Assembly (NCBI GenBank): GCA_044440125.1 | Contig: JBITAJ010000031.1 | Coordinates: 1 to 64,000, forward strand | Direction of reading: 5' to 3' | DNA from: Sedimentisphaeraceae bacterium JB056 | GTDB lineage: Bacteria; Planctomycetota; Phycisphaerae; Sedimentisphaerales; Sedimentisphaeraceae | Length of the DNA: 64,000 bases | In this document: piece after piece, positions 50,544-60,478 of the stretch | Layout of the letters: the number at the start of each line of letters is the position of its first letter | How positions within the stretch are numbered: the stretch's first letter is position 1 | Notes under the pieces: generated by a model | Told to the model about the DNA's origin: nothing | Databases searched by the model: none | What the model saw: the letters and a program-made list of their open reading frames with translations, nothing else | Position numbers and translations under genes: made by a program

Positions 50544-51068
50544 TCAAGCAAAATCAGTTATTGCAGCCAATGGGATTCTGCTTGTTAGATCAAAGCCCAA
50601 CTCACTATTATTCTTTATAAACTCAAGATTAACGGCAAAAAGTTCATCGTTAAGAGAATCTATATTCAGAGTATTGAATTTATCAAATATAAAAGTCTCA
50701 TCAATATCCTTAAAATTCAATTCACAAAATGAAACGTTCCCTACCATCTCTCCATTCTGCTCCTCATGAAATACAATAGGCAAGCCATGAGTCCTGCAAA
50801 TTATCGGCCTGTAAGAATAAATGGAACAGGCTCCATGCTGGTCAAGAAAGCCGCACGCCCTCTCATGAGAAAACTCTAAAGCAATCTTTTCCCTGCCTAC
50901 ATAATCAAGTATAGAATAAAATTCGACAGGAAAGACACTTAAATTCACGCAACAATCACTGCACCCCCGTCTACAGACCATATGCTTTTCATGCAAACGA
51001 GCCAGTCTCTCTGAAATACAATCACACCCTTTAATAATTTCCCGATATTTTAATATACTCTTGTCCAT
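50544..51068 (-). CDS. YkgJ-family Cys-cluster (Zn/Fe-chelating) protein
   Basis: CRRGCSDCC, CGFLD…CSIYSYRPIICRTHG. Confidence 0.85.
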   Translation of the reverse strand: MDKSILKYREIIKGCDCISERLARLHEKHMVCRRGCSDCCVNLSVFPVEFYSILDYVGREKIALEFSHERACGFLDQHGACSIYSYRPIICRTHGLPIVFHEEQNGEMVGNVSFCELNFKDIDETFIFDKFNTLNIDSLNDELFAVNLEFIKNNSELGFDLTSRIPLAAITDFA

Positions 51069-51083
51069 ATAACATTACATTTC

Positions 51084-53873
51084 TTATCGCAGCCATGCAT
51101 CAGCAAAGAACGCAAAATCAATCAAATTCACGACCCCATCACCGCCAAGAGGCTTTATATCACATTGTAGATTTTCACCGGAATCAAGCCACTGCTGAGC
51201 AAGTATTATAATATCTGCATCATCAACCATAGAATCACCAGTAAAGTCAGCAAGAATAATCAACTCCTGCCATTTCAGAACAGGGTACTGCCCTTCTACC
51301 TGATGCCATGTTGAAATATAATCCCAACCATTTCCGGCAAGATTATCTTCAATCGTCAGCCAGTCAGTACTCACACCTTCACCCTGGTCAGTCCATAAAG
51401 TACCGGCTCTATCCAAATCAAAATAGCAGTTCTCTACAGTTGCTCCATCTGAAAATGATGTTACGCCTCCTGAATAACCTCCACTATTCAATGTGCCTGC
51501 AAAATAACAGTTCTTTATCATAGTTTGTGTTAATGCATAAGCTGTTATTCCAGCAGGAAAATTCACAGCTGCCACATCCACCATAGAATAGCAATCACTA
51601 ACAGTTGCCCCGACACCGCTGAGCCCCCCGCATATGCCTCCTACAATAAAATCACCGCTAACCTGCCCAGTAGCAAAACATTCGTTGATAACACCATCAC
51701 ACCACCCCGCTATTGGACCAACATAATATGCGTTAGGCGTATTTATAGTTATATCAACAATACCAAGACCTGTAACCTGAGCTCCTTCATCCAGCGAGCC
51801 GAAAACACCGGCATATTCAGTAATTCCGGTATCATCAATCATTATGTTGCTTATAGTATGCCCTGCCCCATCAAAATTGCCGCCAAAACCTGCCTGACCA
51901 TTGATTCCGATGATATTGAAGTCAACACCCGACATATCTATGTCTGCCGCAAGAACAAAACTTGCATCCCAATCGCCCTGCCTTGCACCTATAGAGTTAA
52001 ATTGTTCAGATGTCTCAATTACGTATGGATCGGCTACTGTACCACTGCCGTCGGCATAAGCGAGAGTCTCAACTGAAAGGACTTCTCCCCAGTTATTTGT
52101 TTCATCAACCTCATCAATACTGTTGAATGTGTCAACTTTTACTCTTAAATAATACACACTTGCATCATCAGGAATTGATACCTCAAGAATCTTCTCAACA
52201 ACTGACTCCACCGAAAGCGGCAAACAGGAAACACTCGCCAAAACAGCCTCATCACCAAGAGAATCCCAGTCAACTTCCGAAGCTTCTGAGCCATAAACAC
52301 TCACAACAAAATAAGTTGGAGTTATTGTAGAGCCTATATTTTTTATTGAAGCTGTGATATTTATAACTTCATTAGACGCAATTACTGCCTTATCGGAACT
52401 ACTCGAAAGAACTGTAAGATCAGATTTAACAGACACCGGAAGCATTACACCAGTTATTTCAGGGTATCCAGTAACTACACCCATATACCACACATCAGTC
52501 ATATCCCAACCTACACTGCTAAATGTGGAAGCTAATTGCATTTGTGAATCATCTACAGCATACAACTCAAAACTGCCGCCTGATTTTTTACCTATTCCGC
52601 TATGAATATCAGGATCAAAACCCGTCGTCTGCCAGTTCCAGAAAGACGCTAAAATCTGCCCCGATACTAATTCGCCTAAGAACGCCCCTTTATTTTGCGT
52701 ACTTGTTGCAATACCTGTTGAATAAGATTTTGAAATATAACCATTTTCTGACTGTCGCCCACAAAAACCACCTGAAAATGCATTATTAGGGCTTCCAACA
52801 GAATAAGCGTCCGCATCGCCCCTTGCATAACAGTTACTTACACTACCTAAATTAGAACCCAAAGCACCACCGGCATAAGCACTGGCGGAATTATTATTTG
52901 CCTGCGATGAAGCCTCTACATTTCCAGAAGCAAAGGATTTGCTGATTATTGACTGTTCATTTCTGCCTACAAGCCCACCTGAGTATGATTCTGCCGGAGC
53001 CCCCGTTGCAGTCGCAAGAATATCACTTGAAGATGAACATAAATCAATTATCGCATTAGACTTAGATGTACCGGCAATTCCACCGGCCCTTAGAGACACT
53101 TGCATTGCCGGCTCATTTATATTTATACTCACAATGCCCGAACTGCTTGAATGTATAAGAATAGAATCTTCAGCCGCTATACCGGCAATTCCACCTGCCC
53201 AGCCGGAAGCGTTCAGCGAAGAAGACGCTTTGTTTACAACAACATTACCGTTTATATAGCAATCAGAAACCGCCCCACTATTGTAACCTATTATTCCTCC
53301 CCCACAATAACTTGTTGTTAAATTGCCGTTTACGGCACAATATCCAACATAGCCTGTAACAGTATTATATCCTGCAACCAATCCGCTGTAAGTTGTCTGA
53401 GATGAAGCAACAACCCTGCCGTCTATGCTGCAATCAGAGATAAACCCCTTATTAATACCGGCAACAACTCCGGCATAGAGCCATGAAGAATAATTTACAG
53501 AAACATTGGAACTAACAAAATTTACGTTCTGTACAACCCCGTTTTCTCCTATTACTCCAAAAAAACCAACATAACTGTACGAGGTGCTCACTACTTTCAT
53601 GCCTACTATATTATACCCACCGCCATCAAAGCTGCCGGAAAAGTCGTTTGAATAGTTACCTATAGGCTTAAATGCAAGGCCGGTTATGTCTATATCATTA
53701 GTTACTACATAATTATCTGTCCAATATGAAGAATTATTCATCAAGGTTGTAATATCAGTTAAGTTAGATATTTGGTAAGGTGACTGGAGCGAACCGTCTC
53801 CACCGCTAAAAGCAAACACAATATTAACCGTAACAAAAATTAAAAGTGGCACGACACTCAATTTTTTCAGCAT
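51084..53873 (-). CDS. Secreted GLUG-repeat beta-helix protein with CARDB domain and dockerin-like C-terminus
   Basis: Signal peptide; FSGGDGS…PYQI…FDGGG; GGIAG/GGLVG repeats; ITASIKNIG…VDTFNSIDEVDETNN (CARDB); second GLUG block; ADFTGDSMVDDAD…QWL…GDGVVNLID. Confidence 0.8.
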   Translation of the reverse strand: MLKKLSVVPLLIFVTVNIVFAFSGGDGSLQSPYQISNLTDITTLMNNSSYWTDNYVVTNDIDITGLAFKPIGNYSNDFSGSFDGGGYNIVGMKVVSTSYSYVGFFGVIGENGVVQNVNFVSSNVSVNYSSWLYAGVVAGINKGFISDCSIDGRVVASSQTTYSGLVAGYNTVTGYVGYCAVNGNLTTSYCGGGIIGYNSGAVSDCYINGNVVVNKASSSLNASGWAGGIAGIAAEDSILIHSSSSGIVSININEPAMQVSLRAGGIAGTSKSNAIIDLCSSSSDILATATGAPAESYSGGLVGRNEQSIISKSFASGNVEASSQANNNSASAYAGGALGSNLGSVSNCYARGDADAYSVGSPNNAFSGGFCGRQSENGYISKSYSTGIATSTQNKGAFLGELVSGQILASFWNWQTTGFDPDIHSGIGKKSGGSFELYAVDDSQMQLASTFSSVGWDMTDVWYMGVVTGYPEITGVMLPVSVKSDLTVLSSSSDKAVIASNEVINITASIKNIGSTITPTYFVVSVYGSEASEVDWDSLGDEAVLASVSCLPLSVESVVEKILEVSIPDDASVYYLRVKVDTFNSIDEVDETNNWGEVLSVETLAYADGSGTVADPYVIETSEQFNSIGARQGDWDASFVLAADIDMSGVDFNIIGINGQAGFGGNFDGAGHTISNIMIDDTGITEYAGVFGSLDEGAQVTGLGIVDITINTPNAYYVGPIAGWCDGVINECFATGQVSGDFIVGGICGGLSGVGATVSDCYSMVDVAAVNFPAGITAYALTQTMIKNCYFAGTLNSGGYSGGVTSFSDGATVENCYFDLDRAGTLWTDQGEGVSTDWLTIEDNLAGNGWDYISTWHQVEGQYPVLKWQELIILADFTGDSMVDDADIIILAQQWLDSGENLQCDIKPLGGDGVVNLIDFAFFADAWLR

Positions 53874-54018
53874 ATTTTCCTCATATCAAAGATAATTTAA
53901 TTTATTAGATAATTCATATTTTAAGTCATTGAAGCATTTTGTCAAAGGAAACAGTTCGACTATATACGTTTTAAAAGGCCGCAAGGTCGTCTCAAAAGAT
54001 TATTTTGACATAGTTTAT

Positions 54019-54046
54019 TTGATTTTTAACAACGTAAAGGTATAAT
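54019..54046 (+). promoter_or_regulatory. sigma70-type promoter
   Basis: TTGATT-16-TATAAT; TSS ~54053. Confidence 0.55.
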
Positions 54047-54053
54047 TTCGTTA

Positions 54054-54214
54054 GTTTTAGTGCAATAGTCTGGACTAGAAAGAAGACTGAGTTACTGCAA
54101 CAACATTCAGCCCTAAATCTGCAGCAGGGTAAATATACCTATCTTATTGTTTGTTACTTAGGTTTGAACTTGTGGAATTAAAAGTCTGACACAACCTATT
54201 TTGTTGACTAAAAC
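54054..54214 (+). ncRNA. Candidate rod-shaped structured RNA or leader
   Basis: GTTTTAGT/ACTAAAAC ends, TGGACT/AGTCTG, asymmetric bubble, AGACTGAGT/ACTTAGGTTT, apical GCCCT/AGGGT. Confidence 0.3.
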
Positions 54215-54232
54215 CATTTATATCATTAATTT

Positions 54233-55360
54233 ATGAGAAGTGAATTGAAGAATATTACGGACAAAAATTTTGATTTAGAGGTTCTGGACAGTATCTCAGA
54301 GTTAATTCTAATAATGGATACTGACATGAATATATGTTCTGTCAACAAAAAAGCTATAGATACGTTTCCTCAATTTGCCAGCAAACAACCGCCCAATGGT
54401 AGATGCTTTGAAATTTTATTCGGTAGATCGGAAGAATGCAAGGAGTGCCCTGTCAAGGCAGCAATATCTTCCAAAAAGAGCACATCAAATGTGATACAAA
54501 GCTCACCAGGTGTTTTCTGGCGTATCAAAGCCGATCCTGTAATTGAAAATGACCAGATAAAATTCATTATTAAACGAATTGAAATAATAAAAAATCTTAC
54601 TGATGTAGAAAAAAAACTAAGTGCTCTAAACAAAGAGTTCAAAAGATCAAACAAAGATCTGGAACAATTTGCATATGCGGTCTCGCATGATCTACGTGAA
54701 CCTTTACGTATGATAGCAAGCTACCTACAGTTATTGGACATGGAAAATAGCGATAAATTCGATGAAGAATCAAAGGAATTCATGGCTATAGCTTTTGATG
54801 GTGCTAAAAGAATGAATGACCTGATTGACGGATTGCTCCAATATTCAAGAGTAGGTACAAGAGGCAAGATACCTGCTGAATGCAACTGCAATGAGATAAT
54901 CAAAGATGCCAAGAATAATCTTATGCTTCAGATAGATGAAGCCCAAGCTGTGATTTCTGAGAAAAATTTGCCCGAAAAAATAATGGCCGACAGATCTCAA
55001 CTAATCCAATTGTTCAGTAACCTGATAGGTAACTCAATTAAATATGCCAAACCCGAAATTACTCCTAAAATAGTAATCTCATGTGAAGACGATAATGATA
55101 AGTGGCAATTTTGCATCGCAGACAATGGTATAGGCATCGAAAAGCAGTATTACGAGAGGATATTCCAGATATTCCAGAGACTCCACGGACGAACAACAAT
55201 AAAAGGCTACGGCCTTGGACTTTCGATTTGCAAAAGGATCGTAGAACGCCATGGTGGAGAGATATGGGTTGAATCAGATAATGACGAAGGAACAAAATTC
55301 TTTTTTACACTGCCCAAAGAGGCTGTAATAAAGGAAGATCAGAATAATCAGGAAAAATGA
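54233..55360 (+). CDS. Cytoplasmic PAS histidine kinase (bacteriophytochrome-type HisKA core, no chromophore domain)
   Basis: RSNKDLEQFAYAVSHDLREPLR, QLFSNLIGNSIKY, DNGIGI, IFQIFQRLH, GLGLSICKRIVERHGG. Confidence 0.9.
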   Translation: MRSELKNITDKNFDLEVLDSISELILIMDTDMNICSVNKKAIDTFPQFASKQPPNGRCFEILFGRSEECKECPVKAAISSKKSTSNVIQSSPGVFWRIKADPVIENDQIKFIIKRIEIIKNLTDVEKKLSALNKEFKRSNKDLEQFAYAVSHDLREPLRMIASYLQLLDMENSDKFDEESKEFMAIAFDGAKRMNDLIDGLLQYSRVGTRGKIPAECNCNEIIKDAKNNLMLQIDEAQAVISEKNLPEKIMADRSQLIQLFSNLIGNSIKYAKPEITPKIVISCEDDNDKWQFCIADNGIGIEKQYYERIFQIFQRLHGRTTIKGYGLGLSICKRIVERHGGEIWVESDNDEGTKFFFTLPKEAVIKEDQNNQEK

Positions 55361-55375
55361 TTTTAGGAGAATTAC

Positions 55376-56164
55376 ATGAGATGCCATGAAGTGGATTACG
55401 AAATTTTAGGGGATGATATACAGATAGTTGAAATAGAGCTTGATCCGAGCGAGACAGTTATTGCCGAAGCCGGCGCAATGAACTATATGGAAGAAGGAAT
55501 CACTTTTGAAGCTAAAATGGGAGACGGCTCCAATCCCGAGCAAGGCTTTTTCGGCAAGGTGTTTGATGCCGGCAAGAGAGCTTTTACCGGAGAATCTATC
55601 TTCCTGACTCATTTCACAAATAGAGGATACGGAAAGAAGCGCGTAGCATTTTCTGCTCCATATCCAGGAAAAATAATTCCTATAGATATGAAAAAGGTAT
55701 CAGGAGATTTAATCTGTCAGAAGGATGCATTTCTCTGTGCTGCGTTAGGAACTAAAATAGGAGTTGCTCTGACAAGAAAGATTGGAGCAGGCTTCTTTGG
55801 TCGTGAAGGCTTTATATTGCAGCGAATCAGCGGTGATGGACTGGCTTTCGTGCATGCCGGCGGCACAATCGTAAGAAAAAAGCTCAAGAACGAAACGCTG
55901 AGAGTAGACACCGGCTGTATCGTTGCCTTTGGACCGGGAATCGATTATGATATTGAGTTCTCAGGCGGCCTCAAATCAATGGTATTCGGCGGCGAAGGAA
56001 TGTTCCTTGCCACACTCAGAGGCACGGGCGTTGTCTACCTGCAAAGTATGCCGTTCTCAAAACTGGCAGATCGAATATACAGGGCAATGCCGCAAACCGG
56101 AGGAGCAAGAAAAGGTGAAGGCTCGGTACTGGGCTCATTAGGTGATATGTTAGACGGAAGATAA
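55376..56164 (+). CDS. TIGR00266/AIM24-family protein
   Basis: [49 protein letters not shown]. Confidence 0.88.
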   Translation: MRCHEVDYEILGDDIQIVEIELDPSETVIAEAGAMNYMEEGITFEAKMGDGSNPEQGFFGKVFDAGKRAFTGESIFLTHFTNRGYGKKRVAFSAPYPGKIIPIDMKKVSGDLICQKDAFLCAALGTKIGVALTRKIGAGFFGREGFILQRISGDGLAFVHAGGTIVRKKLKNETLRVDTGCIVAFGPGIDYDIEFSGGLKSMVFGGEGMFLATLRGTGVVYLQSMPFSKLADRIYRAMPQTGGARKGEGSVLGSLGDMLDGR

Positions 56165-56171
56165 GATAGAC

Positions 56172-57302
56172 ATGAAAATAGTAGCAGATACGAATATCCC
56201 TTTCATCGGTCAGTGCCTTGAAGGTATCGGCCAGACAGTTATTGTCTCTGGCCGTGAGATAAACGCAGATATTGTCAGGGATGCAGATGCTCTGCTTGTC
56301 AGAAGCATAACAAAGGTAAACCGCGAGCTTCTGGAAGGTAGCAGCGTGAAATTCGTAGCCACGGCAACAATCGGGATTGACCATATTGATACCGACTATC
56401 TGGCCGCCAATAATATTGGGTTCGCTTCCGCCCCAGGTTCCAATGCAAACAGCGTGGCGGAATATATCACATGTGCCCTGCTGAATCTCGAAAAGAGATA
56501 CGGGAAAAAGCTCGAAAACTCATCGATAGGTATTGTTGGCGTAGGTAATGTAGGCTCAAGGGTCGAGAAAAAATGCCTTGGGCTCGGAATGGAAGTAGTC
56601 CTTAACGATCCGCCGCTTGCAAGGAAAACAGGCGACCCCAAATACAGACCGCTTGAAGAGCTTTTCGATTGCGACTTCATAACTATGCACACACCGCTTA
56701 CAAAAACCGGAGAAGACAAGACCCTGCATCTGGCAGACAAAAGCTTTTTTGCTATGTGTAAAACGGGTATAAGCTTCCTCAACTCCTCAAGAGGCAGTGT
56801 GAACAATAATGATGATCTGAAAGCGGCAGTCAGAAGCGGAAGAATCATCGGATGCGTACTTGACGTATGGGAAAATGAGCCCAATATAGACACCGAACTT
56901 CTTGAGTTGGCAGACATTGCCACACCTCATATCGCAGGTTATTCCTATGATGGAAAGATCAAGGGAATGATAATGATCTACGAGGCCATGTGCAGACACT
57001 TTGATATTCCAATAAAGCGAAAGATTGAGGAGTTTCTGCCGGAACCGGAAGTTAAATTGATAGATGCATCAAAAATAAGTATTCTGGATACTGTATCCAA
57101 GGTTTATGACATAACATCTGACGATGCAGATATGCGAAAATTGATTGAGAAACAGAACACTGAACAAGGTGCTTTTTTTGATTTATTACGCAAAAATTAT
57201 CCTCGCCGTCGTGAATTCCACAATACGATAATTACCGATGCGAGTGAAAAAAACGCTGATATACTGGAAGCAATTGGTTTTGAGGTATCGGACAGGTGCT
57301 GA
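56172..57302 (+). CDS. pdxB: Erythronate-4-phosphate dehydrogenase
   Basis: MKIVADTNIP, LLVRSITKVN, TATIGIDHID, GIVGVGNVG, HTPLT, LDVWENEP, TPHIAGYS, LRKNYPRRRE. Confidence 0.93.
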   Translation: MKIVADTNIPFIGQCLEGIGQTVIVSGREINADIVRDADALLVRSITKVNRELLEGSSVKFVATATIGIDHIDTDYLAANNIGFASAPGSNANSVAEYITCALLNLEKRYGKKLENSSIGIVGVGNVGSRVEKKCLGLGMEVVLNDPPLARKTGDPKYRPLEELFDCDFITMHTPLTKTGEDKTLHLADKSFFAMCKTGISFLNSSRGSVNNNDDLKAAVRSGRIIGCVLDVWENEPNIDTELLELADIATPHIAGYSYDGKIKGMIMIYEAMCRHFDIPIKRKIEEFLPEPEVKLIDASKISILDTVSKVYDITSDDADMRKLIEKQNTEQGAFFDLLRKNYPRRREFHNTIITDASEKNADILEAIGFEVSDRC

Positions 57303-57306
57303 TTTA

Positions 57307-57930
57307 ATGAGAATTTTAGTAACAGCTGGTGGAACTCGGGAATACATCGATCCGGTACGGTTTATATCAAATGCCAGTACCGGTAAGATGGGCTACGCTA
57401 TTGCTCAGGCGGCACTGGAAGCTGGGCATGATGTTACACTGATATCAGCCCCGGTATCTTTGGCCGTCCCGCAAGGAGCTGACGTCATAGATGTGATAAC
57501 CAGTGAAGATATGTTCGAGGCGGTAAAGGCAAACATCAACAACTTCGATTGCCTTATAATGGCTGCTGCGGTAAGTGATTATCGCCCCAAGATATCTTCA
57601 GATAAGAAAATCAAAAAAGAACAGGCCGAATTAACCATAGAACTGGAACCTACAACAGATATTCTCAAGTGGGTAGGCGAGCATAAAAGAAAGCAGATAA
57701 TAGTCGGCTTTGCATTAGAGGACACGAACCTTTTAGAGAATGCGCAAAGCAAGATGACTGCAAAAAAGATGGATATGATAGTGGCAAACAGCCCTGCCGC
57801 AATAAGTGCCGACAGCTCTCAGGTTCACATTAAAATCGCCAGTGAGGATTGGCAGACAATTCCCACAACGACAAAAAACATCACTGCTGCAGCAATCATC
57901 AAGATTATTGAGGGAATCAGGCATCAGTAA
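57307..57930 (+). CDS. coaB: Phosphopantothenate--cysteine ligase (stand-alone CoaB)
   Basis: LVTAGGTREYIDPVRFISNASTGKMG, MAAAVSDY, VGFALE, IVAN. No CoaC domain; start at ATG 57307. Confidence 0.9.
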   Translation: MRILVTAGGTREYIDPVRFISNASTGKMGYAIAQAALEAGHDVTLISAPVSLAVPQGADVIDVITSEDMFEAVKANINNFDCLIMAAAVSDYRPKISSDKKIKKEQAELTIELEPTTDILKWVGEHKRKQIIVGFALEDTNLLENAQSKMTAKKMDMIVANSPAAISADSSQVHIKIASEDWQTIPTTTKNITAAAIIKIIEGIRHQ

Positions 57931-58550
57931 TGAGTGATGAAAAGAAGATAATACTGTTTGGCGGCTCGTTCGATCCTGTTCATAAAGGGCATATTGAAAT
58001 ACTTAAATATGTTCACGACCATATTTGTGCTGATAAATCAATAATAATCCCCACAAGGCGATCACCGCTTAAAAAACATGGGCCAGTTGCAACAAACAGC
58101 CAGCGTCTTGAAATGCTTGACCTTGCAACCAAAGATAATCCAGACATAGAGATCAGTGACGTGGAATTCGATATGCCTGAGCCAAGCTTCTCATATCATA
58201 CTGTATGCTATTTCAAATCGCTTTATGGAGATGATGTAGAATTATACTGGCTAAGCGGAGCCGATGTAATCAGCGACCTGCATCATTGGTACAAAATCAA
58301 CGACATGCTCGCTCTGTGCAAAATGATTCTTGTCTGCCGCGGCGGCTATCCACTGCCGGACACTTCGCCCCTAAAAGAGCATTTCTCTCCCATAATCGTA
58401 GAAATGCTCCAAAAAAACATGATTCAGACCCCGGAAATAGAGATAAGCAGCACAGAAATAAGAAGCATGCTAAAGAACAAAATCAAACCAGACGACTCTC
58501 TCAACGAAAAGGTATATGCCTATATCTTGGAAAATAATCTCTATATCTAA
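57930..58550 (+). CDS. nadD: Nicotinate-nucleotide adenylyltransferase
   Basis: FGGSFDPVHKGH, SPLK, GAD, WY, ISSTEIR, YILENNLY. TAATG overlap with coaB. Confidence 0.93.
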   Translation: MSDEKKIILFGGSFDPVHKGHIEILKYVHDHICADKSIIIPTRRSPLKKHGPVATNSQRLEMLDLATKDNPDIEISDVEFDMPEPSFSYHTVCYFKSLYGDDVELYWLSGADVISDLHHWYKINDMLALCKMILVCRGGYPLPDTSPLKEHFSPIIVEMLQKNMIQTPEIEISSTEIRSMLKNKIKPDDSLNEKVYAYILENNLYI

Positions 58551-58775
58551 AAGCATTCTAATCCGCTGACGCTAATGGTAGCCGTTGAAGTTTAAGAGAT
58601 ACCATCCCAGGCATTGCCATTTATTACCCAACAAAAAATAACTAACTCCCTTTTATTTTTTCTATTAAAGTATATAATCAACGGTTAAGGTGTACTTAAA
58701 ATAGTATTTCACGGGTATTCTGCAGAATACACAGATAATGTTCAAGATATTTATTGGTTTTATGAGAGAAGCGTA

Positions 58776-59861
58776 ATGGCATCGAAAGCAAACTATTTCA
58801 AAATAGGCCTTTTCGTAATAGGCACTGTTACGATCATAGTAGCATTTACGATAGCTCTTGGTTTAGGCAGCTGGGGGAAAAAGCAGATTCGATTCGAAAC
58901 ATATATCGATGAGTCCGTTCAGGGCCTTAATATTGGCTCACCAGTCAAAAACAGAGGTGTTCAGATAGGAAGCGTGGAAGACATTACTTTCGTTACAAGC
59001 GAATACGATCTGGATCAGCAATTTCTCAATTACAGCAGATATGTAATGGTCGTTATCGCTGTCGACAGTGAGAAATTCGTCTCGAACGGGTATGACAAAA
59101 ACAACGATATGCTGGATCAGCTTATACAGAAAGGACTTAGGGTAAGACTAACAACTCAGGCCCTTACCGGCATCTCATATTTGGAAGTGGATTATTTTGC
59201 TCCAAATGAATATCCTCCTTTGGAATTCCCCTGGGACCCGAAGTACAAATATCTCCCTTCCGCACAAAGTGTATTTAATACTTTTACTCAATCAATCGAC
59301 CAAACCCTTAAAAAACTTGAAAATATCGACCTTGCAAAAATATCGGAAAATTTTAACAGTCTTATTGTAACGGCAGACAAAACACTCAAAGACCTCAACG
59401 CAGGCAATTTAAGCACTAATCTGCTGCTTCTCATTGAAGAACTCAGAGACACCAACACCGACCTCAAAGATGTAATATACAAGACTGATTCGGCGTTAAG
59501 CAATTTCGATATCGAGCTGTTAAGCCAAAAGATAGGTAATCTTCTGGACAATGTTGACAGCACCACCACAAACGCAAACAGCATGATATCTGATATAAAG
59601 GATACAAATCAGCTTGTTCAGGAAATACTCAAACCCGCTTCAGAAGATCAAACAACAATCCCTGAACTTACGAAATCAGTCAACCAGCTCATAAACGATA
59701 TAGATAACATGATACAAGGAAACCAGTCAAATATAGAGGATATAATACGTAAGCTGGATGACATATCATCTAACTTGATGATTTTTTCACAAGACATTAA
59801 GAACGATCCTGGAATTTTACTGTTTACAGAACGCCCGGAACCATCGGAGGTAGTAAAATGA
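58776..59861 (+). CDS. MlaD/MCE-family protein with helical extension
   Basis: KANYFKIGLFV, ESVQGLNIGSPVKNRGVQIGSV, GLRVRL…LTGISYLE, C-terminal NDPGILL. Confidence 0.88.
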   Translation: MASKANYFKIGLFVIGTVTIIVAFTIALGLGSWGKKQIRFETYIDESVQGLNIGSPVKNRGVQIGSVEDITFVTSEYDLDQQFLNYSRYVMVVIAVDSEKFVSNGYDKNNDMLDQLIQKGLRVRLTTQALTGISYLEVDYFAPNEYPPLEFPWDPKYKYLPSAQSVFNTFTQSIDQTLKKLENIDLAKISENFNSLIVTADKTLKDLNAGNLSTNLLLLIEELRDTNTDLKDVIYKTDSALSNFDIELLSQKIGNLLDNVDSTTTNANSMISDIKDTNQLVQEILKPASEDQTTIPELTKSVNQLINDIDNMIQGNQSNIEDIIRKLDDISSNLMIFSQDIKNDPGILLFTERPEPSEVVK

Positions 59862-60469
59862 GATTCACAATGAAATTTTTGGCGTTATCGGCTCTTATAT
59901 GCATCTTAACAGGCTGCATGGGAAACTCTTCACGAAAAAACATAAAAGATTACTATATGTTTGATGCGGCAAGAGACAACAGCAACACCAGAGAAGTTGC
60001 GATTGACCAGATATTGATAGTAGACAGATTTGAGGTTGCGAAAGGGTTTGACAGTAACTCTCTAATCTATTTTAATAGCCAGGGTAAAATAGAAACTGAT
60101 CCGTATCGCCGTTATCTGTCTGATAAAGGACAAATGTTGAGCGACCTCACTGCTGACTGGCTTTCAGACAGTAGGATTTTCACAATAACAGCAACAAACA
60201 ACACGGGAATCAGCGGCTCTTTGAGGCTTAAAGGTGTTATAAAGAAGATTTATGCAGATATGCAGAACAGCGAAAATAAACAAGCTGTTTTGGAGGTTAA
60301 AGTATTTCTTGTATCAAATACAGACCGCAAGCCTGTATTCTGGAAAGAATACAATACAGCTTATCCAATCGAAGATGACACCGCAAAAGCTGTTGTAAAA
60401 GCGACTGACAAAACAATAAGCATATTCCTTACTCAACTGGAAGAAGACCTCTCTCAACTTGAGCTTTAG
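59858..60469 (+). CDS. ABC-type transport auxiliary lipoprotein (PqiC-like)
   Basis: Lipobox LTG-C, DYYMF, SLIY, DPYRRY. ATGA overlap with the MCE gene. Confidence 0.75.
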   Translation: MRFTMKFLALSALICILTGCMGNSSRKNIKDYYMFDAARDNSNTREVAIDQILIVDRFEVAKGFDSNSLIYFNSQGKIETDPYRRYLSDKGQMLSDLTADWLSDSRIFTITATNNTGISGSLRLKGVIKKIYADMQNSENKQAVLEVKVFLVSNTDRKPVFWKEYNTAYPIEDDTAKAVVKATDKTISIFLTQLEEDLSQLEL

Positions 60470-60478
60470 CAGCAACTT

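Noticed and set aside
54233..55360. Bacteriophytochrome
   Set aside because: The kinase core is of that subtype, but there is no GAF-PHY chromophore module.
58560..58620. Fluoride or c-di-GMP riboswitch-like text (CCGC…GCTAATGG)
   Set aside because: The required 5' elements (GGNGATGG…CC or GCAAA stems) are missing.
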